DNA of 62,675 bases, counting the filler, from Candidatus Fermentibacterota bacterium (GTDB taxonomy: Bacteria; JAFGKV01): the NCBI GenBank assembly GCA_016928395.1. It is 10 parts of 10 records of this genome, joined end to end, with 100 filler letters (N's around TTAATTAATTAA, not from the genome) between each part and the next. Parts side by side here need not be neighbours in the genome. Positions count along the whole stretch, not along the records: positions 1 to 16,119 come from JAFGKV010000065.1; positions 16,220 to 21,191 come from JAFGKV010000066.1; 8 more parts are not named here. The stretch is one strand, 5' to 3'. The position numbers and the translations under genes are program-made. This document shows positions 9,820 to 18,010 of the stretch, one piece after another. The notes below the pieces were generated by a model, which was not told the origin of the DNA, made no database searches, and saw only the letters and a program-made list of their open reading frames with translations. Numbering within the stretch: position 1 is the stretch's first letter; each line of letters opens with the position of its first letter.

Positions 9820-11340
9820 CTACACCCCGGTTTCTTCCGCCTCCAGCCCAGGAGGAACGGGGATCACTGGACCCGCAGAGGAGTCATGCTGCAGCAACCT
9901 AATTGACCGCCAGTTCCCGCCTTCGAAGCGCCGGCTCATGGTGACTCCGAGGACGATGATGTACACGGCGGAGGCGATCCACGGCCCGATGGACGTGAGC
10001 CCAGGCAGAAACCGGATCATGCCCAACCCGCCAGCGACGATGAATACCCAGCTGTAGATCATTGTGACGATGCCCGGCCAGCGAGTGTCACCGGCTCCCC
10101 GCAGCGCGCCCGTGTAGATGATGCCCACCGCGTCAGCCATTTGGAACACCGCGGCGCACACGAGCAGCGATCCCCCAATGCGTGCAATCTCCGTCGCACG
10201 CTCAGGACTGACATTGCCCCCTATGAACGCACCGATCAAAGAGTGACGAAACACAACGAAACCGATTCCGCATGCCGTCATGTACCCCACAGCTAGGTAC
10301 AGGCCGAGCCTGGCCCGTAACACTGCGGTGTCAGGCTGCCCGGCGCCGATGTACTTGCCCACCAGGCTCGTCACCGCCACGGAGAACCCGACCGCGGGCA
10401 TGAATGAGAGATGCATGTAGCTCAGCGCGATCCAACCCGCAGTCATGTGATCCGGCCCGAACCTGCCCACCAGCACCGTCATGAAGATCGACCAGCAGAC
10501 CAACTCATTCCCGTACTGCACCGCGGGAGGCCACCCGATGCTCAGGAGCCCACGGATCGGCTTGACGGCTGGCCGCCATGCGGAACGGGATCGCAACTCC
10601 CGGTTCATGGCGGGGCCAAGGAACACGCACGCGGGAATGAGTAACTCGACCGCGGTCCCGACGACCGTACCCACGGCCGCGCCTGCAACTCCGAGGGCAG
10701 GAACGCCTGGAATCCCCGGCAGGCCCATCTTCGGCATCCCTTCGCTACCGAAGATGAGCGCGTAGTTCGCGAAGCCGTTGGCGATGTTGCCAAGCACGGC
10801 ACTGACCGTAATGATCTTGGGCCTGTGGATGCCGAAGAAGAACTGGTGGAGCGCGCGGCTCATGAGGGTGAGCAGGGAACCGAGAAGCAGGATCTGACCA
10901 TACACGGTCTCCATGCGGATGAGCCGAGCATACTCGGCGCCCTGCTGGGGGCCATGGATACGGCCGAAGATGCCCGGAAGCACCAGCGCCATGGGCAACA
11001 GAACAACTGCCCATACTGCTGCGCTCAACCAGACGGCGTTCCAGGCATACTTGGGACCTTCGCCGGCCCTCCCCGCGCCGTAGTTCTGGCTTACGTAGGT
11101 ATTCACCACTGAAACGAAGCCCATGAACGCGGCGATGGGCGTGAAGGCCCAGATGCCGCCGTTCCCCTGTGCCGCGACCTCCAGAGGGCCAACCTGCCCG
11201 ACCATGAGCTTGTCGACGAACTGCATGACGGTGTGGCTGGTCATGGTGATTACGGTTGGCCACGCGATCGACCAGACCTCGGCCAGCGGCCTCTGGCGGT
11301 GTGCACCGTTCTTCGAGTTCGCAGCCAGATGATCTATCAT
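9820..11340 (-). CDS. MATE-family efflux transporter
   Basis: About 12 TM segments, IAWP, VDKLMVG, SQNYGAG and GALRGAGDTR motifs. Start at MIDHL (11340). Confidence 0.9.
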   Translation of the reverse strand: MIDHLAANSKNGAHRQRPLAEVWSIAWPTVITMTSHTVMQFVDKLMVGQVGPLEVAAQGNGGIWAFTPIAAFMGFVSVVNTYVSQNYGAGRAGEGPKYAWNAVWLSAAVWAVVLLPMALVLPGIFGRIHGPQQGAEYARLIRMETVYGQILLLGSLLTLMSRALHQFFFGIHRPKIITVSAVLGNIANGFANYALIFGSEGMPKMGLPGIPGVPALGVAGAAVGTVVGTAVELLIPACVFLGPAMNRELRSRSAWRPAVKPIRGLLSIGWPPAVQYGNELVCWSIFMTVLVGRFGPDHMTAGWIALSYMHLSFMPAVGFSVAVTSLVGKYIGAGQPDTAVLRARLGLYLAVGYMTACGIGFVVFRHSLIGAFIGGNVSPERATEIARIGGSLLVCAAVFQMADAVGIIYTGALRGAGDTRWPGIVTMIYSWVFIVAGGLGMIRFLPGLTSIGPWIASAVYIIVLGVTMSRRFEGGNWRSIRLLQHDSSAGPVIPVPPGLEAEETGV

Positions 11341-11859
11341 GGCAGTATCGCCTTCGCGCGGCGTTCTCACCGCCTTGGTGAAGTGGGAGGTTGGGAAAGG
11401 AGGGAGAATGAACGAGACGGCCCAAGGTAGCACACCGCCTCCCCCGGGCTCAACGATATCTTTGGTGGAAAGAGAAGTCCTCAAACTGGCCGAGGCAAGG
11501 GATCCTACTGTCGAGCACGGGCGCTCCCTCAAAGCGCCCGTGCTCGATTCGTGGTGCCTTCCGCCGGTTTGGCGGCGCGGGCACCTTGAATGTGGGTGTT
11601 CACTGCGCACCACTCGGCCCCTCTTGTGCACAACCGTTGCACCCCTGTTGTCTCGTTCCCGCGGAACCAAGACTACTACGTCGCATGAAGTGAATTCCTC
11701 GGAGTCGCTTGACGGGTTGGGAAGGGCAATGCTTGTTCGTGATCATCGCCTTCGCCTTGGAACCCGGGAGGTGCATTCGAACAGCCTCTCGCGGCACCAG
11801 CAAGATGTTTCCCGAAGGCAGGCCTTCGCTTCCCGCGGTTTCTTCAAGGGTTGCACCAG

Positions 11860-12786
11860 ATGTTCTTCACCATTCCCCACACGTATGAGACCGTGGACTT
11901 CAAGGAACTGTTCTCCGCATCAGGTTCTGCGCGTTGGGAGGAAGTGTGGCGAAACACCGATGTGCTTGCGATCTATGGGAATTCGGTGCTTCCATGGTGG
12001 AGAAAACGTCGCCATCCCGAGCGCTATGCCTCGGGTCACTTCCAGGATGATGACGAGCTGTTTGCTATGGGCGCCTGGCTCCAGACCAGGGGGATCTCGC
12101 TCTGCATCGCTGCCGGGGGCATCAAGGAGTGGAGCCTCGACGCGGTGAGTGCCCGGACGAGGACAGAAGATATGGTCAACCGGTTGGTTCGAAATGGCTG
12201 CCACCCCGCTTCCATTCGAATCGATGAATCTCTCTACGCCGGCTTGAAGCACGGCCAGACGCTCGACGGTGTGGTTGAGACGGTTGCTCGGAACTACTGC
12301 CTGCCGTTGGGCAACGCATTCAATGACCTGAAGATCGGCGTAGTTGAGCCGTGGCCGGCGTGCACCGCCGCCCGTATCGAGTCATACGTGGTGCAACTGG
12401 CGAGACGAGGCACTCCGCCCGCCTTCGTCCATATCGACATCAACTACCCGCGGGTGGGTGTGATAGGCAGCGTCCCGGAGCTGGTTGAGGCACTTGAGAC
12501 CATCTCACGACTAGGCATCCCCATCGGCATCATCGCCTGGTCCAGCAACTTCCACACACGCCCGACCACCAGCGCCGAGTACTGCTGGAACACCTTGGAC
12601 TTCGCGGGCTGGATGCACGGTTACTTCGACCGGTTCTGCGATCACCACATTGTGCAGAGCTGGCAGCCCTACCCCACCCACTGCCTACCGGAAGACGGCG
12701 ACGATACGTTCATGTGGCTGGTCCGTGAGTACGGCAGGCTCCATGTGAGGGATTGGCAACAGATGCCCACGGGCCCGATTGTCTGA
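11860..12786 (+). CDS. Hypothetical protein, possibly glycoside-hydrolase-like TIM barrel
   Basis: 308-aa ORF with alternating beta/alpha pattern, acidic residues after predicted strands (RIDE, VVEP, HID) and a VQSW motif. No family recognised. Confidence 0.55.
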   Translation: MFFTIPHTYETVDFKELFSASGSARWEEVWRNTDVLAIYGNSVLPWWRKRRHPERYASGHFQDDDELFAMGAWLQTRGISLCIAAGGIKEWSLDAVSARTRTEDMVNRLVRNGCHPASIRIDESLYAGLKHGQTLDGVVETVARNYCLPLGNAFNDLKIGVVEPWPACTAARIESYVVQLARRGTPPAFVHIDINYPRVGVIGSVPELVEALETISRLGIPIGIIAWSSNFHTRPTTSAEYCWNTLDFAGWMHGYFDRFCDHHIVQSWQPYPTHCLPEDGDDTFMWLVREYGRLHVRDWQQMPTGPIV

Positions 12787-12811
12787 GAGGCGAGACTGCG
12801 CCGTTTGCCGC

Positions 12812-12955
12812 CCCTCTCCTCACTCCTCACTCCTATCTCCTCACTCTTCGTTCCCTTTTAGTTCTTTGCGTCTTTGCGTGAGACATGCCGCCTTCTCTGT
12901 GCCCTCTGTGGTGAGCTTCGCCCCATCGCGCTCTTGGCGCCTCCGCGCGAGACTC
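12812..12955. repeat. Patch of short degenerate tandem repeats
   Basis: CTCCTCA repeats, CTTTGCGTCTTTGCGTGAGAC, CTCTGTGCCCTCTGTGGT. Confidence 0.45.
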
Positions 12956-13029
12956 TCATGTCGGATTTGCCGTCTGACTACCGACTCCTCCCCCACCCCC
13001 TCGAACCAGGCCTACAGCCCCTACCGGCC

Positions 13030-13051
13030 ACTATTCTAAACATAGAATAGT
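13030..13051. promoter_or_regulatory. AT-rich perfect inverted repeat, possible operator
   Basis: ACTATTCTA-AACA-TAGAATAGT, 9-bp arms in GC-rich surroundings. Confidence 0.35.
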
Positions 13052-13217
13052 CCGCGGCGTGATCGGGAGCGCTGTCAGCGACCTTCGCTGGAGGCCGAAT
13101 GGCTCTTCAGCCCTGGCCGTTTCCTTCAGTTTCAGTTCGGTCTTCTTGGCCCTTCCAGCCCGAGCTGATCCCCGCTACTCCAACCCCGTTGCGTCGGTCG
13201 CCGCGGCCGGCTGGATA

Positions 13218-13269
13218 TCGCAGCTCAGGCGCGCGGTGTGTCCGCGGCGCCTGCAGTCGATGGTTGGCT
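13218..13269 (-). mobile_element. Degenerate integron attC site (R' end lost)
   Basis: Minus strand AGCCAAC-CATCGACTGCAGGCGCCGCGGACACACCGCGCGCCTGAGCTGCGA overlaps the methyltransferase stop. It has an R''-like core and a CAGGCG/CGCCTG stem but no closing GTT. Confidence 0.5.
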
Positions 13270-14088
13270 TCCTCGTGTCAGCTTCATCCGCACCACCATG
13301 ACCGGTGGAATCTCCGGCATGTCGTCCCACCGGACACCCGCCCTTCGTCTATCAGGCTCCGGAAGCCCGGGCTCCTCGATCCCATCCACGACAAATCCCG
13401 CCTCAAAACACGACTGAAGGAGCACGTGAATCGGCCGGTGGTAGCAGTACTGCGCTTTCGGTTGTCCGACAATCCCCTCTGCCTTCTTCGCGAAAGAAGT
13501 CAGATACGATGATACCTTGACTCCGGTACGGATGACGTGGCGCCCCGCTTCTTCCTCATACATCTCGGCAAAGCGTTGAATTGCCGCGGAATGGAAGCAC
13601 GGATGCGTGACAGAAAAGACAAACACACCGCCGGGCTTCAACATCCGCGTCAAAGCGAAGAAAAGCGGGATGATCTCCGGCATATCCATCAACGCCATCG
13701 TGCACACAGCTTTGCCGAATCGGCCGACGCCCAACGACAGGAGAGCATCCGTCTTGGCCGCATCGAGCACGTGGTATTCGACCGCATCATCCTTGCGGGT
13801 TCGCTCTCGAGCACGCTGGATGAACTGGGCACTGTGGTCGAACGCCACAACACGCGCCCCAAGTTCAGCCATGCGTCGAGCAAAGCGACCGGCACCGCAG
13901 GCGACGTCCAAAATGACATCCCCTGCGGCGACACAAAGAAGCCGCTCCGAGGCTGGTTCGATCAGCAGTGTCTGGAAATCATTCCCGTCACCAATGCGAT
14001 CGTCCCACCAGTGAGCGTTCGCATCCCATATCCGGCGATTCTCGTCGGTATGCTCAGGGAATTCCGATTTGCGTCGTTCGGTATTCAT
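13225..14088 (-). CDS. Class I SAM-dependent methyltransferase (cassette-like)
   Basis: LDVACGAG motif I, LKPGGVFVFSVTHPCF. Start at MNTERR (14088). Flanked by attC-like sequences. Confidence 0.88.
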   Translation of the reverse strand: MNTERRKSEFPEHTDENRRIWDANAHWWDDRIGDGNDFQTLLIEPASERLLCVAAGDVILDVACGAGRFARRMAELGARVVAFDHSAQFIQRARERTRKDDAVEYHVLDAAKTDALLSLGVGRFGKAVCTMALMDMPEIIPLFFALTRMLKPGGVFVFSVTHPCFHSAAIQRFAEMYEEEAGRHVIRTGVKVSSYLTSFAKKAEGIVGQPKAQYCYHRPIHVLLQSCFEAGFVVDGIEEPGLPEPDRRRAGVRWDDMPEIPPVMVVRMKLTRGSQPSTAGAADTPRA

Positions 14089-14161
14089 GTCTTCAAACCA
14101 ACTACCTTTATACAGGTCCGCACAAATCCACACCAGAAACGCCCCACACGTTTGATTTGCG

Positions 14162-14200
14162 GCAGAACACACAGGCTGCTCAGCGACGGAGGCTGCGGAT
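14162..14200 (-). mobile_element. Right-arm remnant of an attC site
   Basis: Minus strand ...GCAGCCTCCGTCGCTGAGCAGCCTGTGT-GTTCTGC lies about 70 bp before the methyltransferase ATG. The left arm is not recognisable. Confidence 0.4.
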
Positions 14201-14724
14201 CCATGGCCAAGCGCCGAGAATCGACGCGGCAAGCGGCATTGGAGACATGCGATCTACTGCTGTCCATTATGGCCACTGGGGCAGGTCTCTCTCGGAAGAG
14301 GACAAACCGAAGGAAGACCCTCGACTCCAGCGTGTCAAGGAATCGAATCCCCGGTCAATGCAGGGAGTGCAGTCGGAGGATGGTGTCAGCGTGCTCTGCA
14401 GGGCGATGAAGCCTTCTCTTGGCGGCTCCTTCGCTCGGTAAGTTGGCATTTTACCTATGTCCCTAGACCCGTTGGGATACACCCGGGGCTCCTCATCAAT
14501 CTTCCAGAGCCACTCCAAACCTACGAAGAGCCCAGCCTGAAGCATCTGCGCGAGATCCCACTGGTAGTCCAGGCACTTCTGCCCGAACCCAAGCGCATCG
14601 GACCAGCAGCAGAGGGTGCGAGCTATGTCGCGCACCTCAAGCCGGGGCGACTCAAGGGTGCCACCGGCTTACCCGGCATGCGCCTGCATGTCTTTCCTCT
14701 TCACGTGGTTATTCCACTGCGATT

Positions 14725-14784
14725 GTCTAACGTCTAAACGATAACCTGCGAGCGAAGCGAGTCAGGTTGATCCGTTTGTTGGGC
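14725..14784 (-). mobile_element. Intact integron attC site (60 bp)
   Basis: Minus strand GCCCAAC-AAACG-GATCAACCTGACTCGCTTCGCTCGCAGGTTATC-GTTTAGAC-GTTAGAC. RYYYAAC/GTTRRRY cores, L boxes with an extra base, 6 bp after the upstream gene's stop codon. Confidence 0.8.
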
Positions 14785-14790
14785 GCACGA

Positions 14791-15768
14791 CTACGACTCC
14801 AAGCCCTCTACTCTCTGGATGATGCGCCATGCCAGCAGCGTAGCCCAGCGTGATGGTTCTCGCTTCTGCCCGAATTCCCAGTCTTTCCACGGTGTCCACA
14901 CCGACTCTGGGGTGAAGCGGCCGAGCTCGTCCGCCTTGTCGACGAGAACCCCGAGCATCTCGCGCAGACGCGGGTCGTCCGTCACCCACGGGAACCGTGA
15001 GAGCACGTCAAGCACATGCAAAAGGTCGTACCAAATCAGGGGCGCCTTCACCTTCCGGAAGTCCGTGCCCATGTAGAACATGTACGGGTGACGCTCCCTG
15101 CTCTTGCTCCACAGGCCCAAGAGTGTCTCTGTGCCGACTCTGGATTCCGGGCCGTCAAGAAGGTCGTCGAACTGAGACAGTGCTTTCAACATCGCAAGGT
15201 TGGCGAACGGGCAAGGGTCGTCCTTTCGCCCTGGACCCCGAAAGCTGCCCAACTCCCTTGAGACAGCGCATGGCCAGCCGTTCTCTCGAATCAGGCCGCG
15301 CAGATGGTCGATTGCTCTCCGGACCGACTGATCCTGGCTTAAGCCCATCTTCGCAAGTGCGTAGACGATGAGTGGCGAATCGCACAGCGCCCACGCCCAC
15401 GTATCGACGCCGGTACCACCGTAGTGTGGCGCGACATTGATGGGGAGTTGACACGGCCCTTCGTCCGACTGGTGCTCGAGTATCCGGGGGATGACACGCC
15501 TGATAGCTTCATCACTCGCCTCGAGTCCGAGATCCGCGACGAAGGTCAGCTTGTGGAACGGCTGGCTCGCGCTCTTGTGGCTAGCGATGACTGTCCCAGG
15601 CCATCCCGCAAGGTCTTTGAGAAGTCCCATCACTCGAGGGTCTGCGAGCATCGCCTCGCGAGCCGTGCGTGCGGGGGAATCTTCAGAGGACTGCCCGAGC
15701 AGGTCCAGGCGCGTTCGATACTCAACGAACGGCTCACCATCGAGTAGCCAATCGACAGGCGGTCTCAT
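14791..15768 (-). CDS. Hypothetical protein, terpenoid-cyclase/prenyltransferase alpha-alpha toroid-like (gene cassette)
   Basis: Trp/Gln-rich helical motifs (WLLD, HQSDEG, ENGWPC, GQKREPSRW). GGAGG RBS shortly after an attC R' site. Confidence 0.75.
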   Translation of the reverse strand: MRPPVDWLLDGEPFVEYRTRLDLLGQSSEDSPARTAREAMLADPRVMGLLKDLAGWPGTVIASHKSASQPFHKLTFVADLGLEASDEAIRRVIPRILEHQSDEGPCQLPINVAPHYGGTGVDTWAWALCDSPLIVYALAKMGLSQDQSVRRAIDHLRGLIRENGWPCAVSRELGSFRGPGRKDDPCPFANLAMLKALSQFDDLLDGPESRVGTETLLGLWSKSRERHPYMFYMGTDFRKVKAPLIWYDLLHVLDVLSRFPWVTDDPRLREMLGVLVDKADELGRFTPESVWTPWKDWEFGQKREPSRWATLLAWRIIQRVEGLES

Positions 15769-15797
15769 CTCCACCTCCTCCAGTACGACGTCCTTGC

Positions 15798-15870
15798 GCC
15801 CAACGCTGGCAATGACGCGCAAGAAATGGCCGTGCGAAGCGCGGCTATTCCTTGTCGCTGACGATTGCTT
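15798..15870 (-). mobile_element. attC site with R'' end disrupted
   Basis: Minus strand GCAATCGTCAGCGACAAGGAATAGCCGCGCTTCGCACGGCCATTTCTTGCGCGTCATTGCCAGC-GTTGGGC forms a long imperfect hairpin ending in GTTRRRY. The AAC core is replaced on the IS4 side. Confidence 0.6.
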
Positions 15871-15915
15871 TCTTCTCTCCATACTGTGCCCGTTCTTCTC
15901 GCAGGAGGTGCACAC

Positions 15916-16119
15916 ACGACCACGATTGCCGCGATCTACAAGGATCGCTGGGAGATCGAGATCTTCTTCAAGACCCTGAAGCAGAATCTGAAGGTCAAGA
16001 CCTTCGTGGGGACCAGCTCGAATGCACTCCGCATTCAGATCTGGACCGCACTCATCGCCATCCTGCTCATCAAGTATCTCACCTTCAAGGCCACCTTCGG
16101 CTGGTCGTTCTCACATCTG
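15916..16119 (+). mobile_element. IS4-family transposase C-terminal fragment
   Basis: IYKDRWEIEIFFKTLKQNLKVKTFVGTSSNALRIQIW contains the Y-2-R-3-E-6-K signature. The N-terminal part is absent and the fragment runs into the contig end. Confidence 0.85.
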
Positions 16120-16219
16120 NNNNNNNNNNNNNNNNNNNNNNNNNNNNNNNNNNNNNNNNNNNNTTAATTAATTAANNNNNNNNNNNNNNNNNNNNNNNNN
16201 NNNNNNNNNNNNNNNNNNN
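16120..16219. other. Artificial contig linker
   Basis: N44-TTAATTAATTAA-N44 (stop codons in all six frames). Confidence 0.98.
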
Positions 16220-17391
16220 GCATCAAACGCCGACTCACTTAGAACTGCCGCCAAACCTTCGCATTCGGGATCCTGAGGCTGGAGAAACACCTTCATCGGA
16301 TTGGCCCTATCGATGGTCACCGTCTCTAGGAACAGCGGATCCAGCTCGATGTGGCAACGACCGTTCATAAGTTGCCCTTCCCCGAAATCCTCGAACCAGT
16401 TCTCCGGGCTCTCCTGGCAGTACATGAGTGTCGGCCCCTTCGACGTCTTTACCACGCAGCTCTTGGATCCTGATCCGGCAAGTCCGCCCTCGTAGTAGAC
16501 GCCCTTGCCCGAAGTCGAATCCGATCTGCCGTACACCCCATACGTCGTCCCCGTGGTCGCAGAGGCATACCCATACACCCCGTAGCCTAACGTGGAGTGG
16601 CTCTTACCGTATACCCCATAGGTGAAGCCCGTCGGAGCAGTGGCGGACCCATACATCCCGCAGCCCGCCGAGGAGAGGCTCCTACCGTATACCCCAAAGT
16701 TGAACCCGCTGTTGGAAGAGGCATACCCATACACCCCATAGCCTGACGGGGAGCCGCTCTCGAAGACGCCCCCATACGTCGTCCCCGTCGTGGAAATGGC
16801 AGCTCCATGCACCCCACGGCCTGCGGACGAGCAACTCACGAAATAGCCCCCATACGTCGTCCCCGCCGTGGCGCCAACATACCCGTATACCCCGCGGCCT
16901 GACGTGGAGTGGCTTTCGAAGACGCCCCCGTAGGCCATCCCGGTGGTGGCAGTATTGCTCCCCGCCAATGCCGCCATCGTCCCGCTCGCCACCGACCCGC
17001 TCACCTCCGTGCCCGCCACCAACCCACTCGCCATGTACGCATAGCCGATGGATGCCAAGCGCTGCCTCGGCGCCTGATCCACACCGCCGAACGTCACCAG
17101 CAGCCAGTAGTCCGCGCTGAAATCAAGCGTGAGCGCGGGCTGCGGGCTCTCACCAAGCAACACGCTGAAGATCCCATTCGTCACGGACACCGGCTGCGCC
17201 CCGCTGTCCCACAGCAGAGTGCCCGCACTCACGGCGTCGTAGATCCGGAACCGCATCGTGTATGCGCCGTCCGCGACAGGGGTGCCGGCCGCATCCGTCA
17301 CCTTGCCCTGGTAGCTGATCACCTGCGGGATCTCGGCATGTGCGAATGTGGCCAGCAGCGCCACCAGCACGACTACTATCGTCGACTTCAT
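16220..17391 (-). CDS. Secreted GVYG-repeat fibre-like protein A (3' truncated by contig end)
   Basis: Signal peptide MKSTIVVVLVALLATFAHA, QVISYQGKVTD N-domain, 26-aa GxYG repeats and a KSCVV...ESPENWFEDFG C-domain. Confidence 0.85.
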
Positions 17392-18010
17392 CGGTCTTCT
17401 CCCAGTGAGGGTTGTCGGTTCACGATTCACAGTGTGCATTTCCAGACTGAGCATCCTGCACTCAGACTCAGTCCATCTGCTCCGTCCTCTCCGGCGCGGC
17501 GCAACACGCAGCTGCTCCCGCCGCAAGACCCTTCCTTGCCAAGTTCCCTGGCGGCAACTTCAATCGCGATACCGATGGCATGCGGATGCGCTTCGCCCGA
17601 TCGGTACCCAGGCCACTCCCACGGTCTGAATTGTGAGATCATGGACCCTTGCGACCGAGATACCTGAAGCGAGTCACACCGAGTCGGCTCTGGCCGGGAA
17701 GCCGGGAGAGCATTGAGAGGAGAGCAACCCGGTGAGACACCGGATCAGGAGAGGATCCCATGTACAGCCCTCGCACGAGAAATGTGGGCACTGCGAGCGG
17801 CTGGGGCGAGCCTCACACCAGACGCGCCGTCATGACGCGCCAGATAATCCATCGGCCCGGAAAAGCGACGTTGGGAACCAGCAGAGTCAAGAGAAGCAGC
17901 TCCCAAGATCCTCCCGCGTCGGGGCGTGTCCCGCTTCGCGAGGATCCGTCAGCTCTCCGCGCTCAACCGTCATCCTGCCGGCTTCGCACGCAGTTGGCAG
18001 TCGTCGGTCT

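Noticed and set aside
8618-9902. Several 100-280 aa ORFs between the amidohydrolase and MATE genes
   Set aside because: They run through dispersed repeats, are Pro/Arg-rich and lack coding bias.
14267-14635. 122-aa ORF within the middle cassette
   Set aside because: No recognisable motif or good RBS, and an in-frame-looking upstream start is interrupted. Probably a decayed cassette gene, so not called.
16120-16219. TTAATTAATTAA flanked by N runs, repeated nine times
   Set aside because: Identical 100-bp artificial linkers with six-frame stops. ORFs ending in X...LIN and any synteny across linkers are artefacts.
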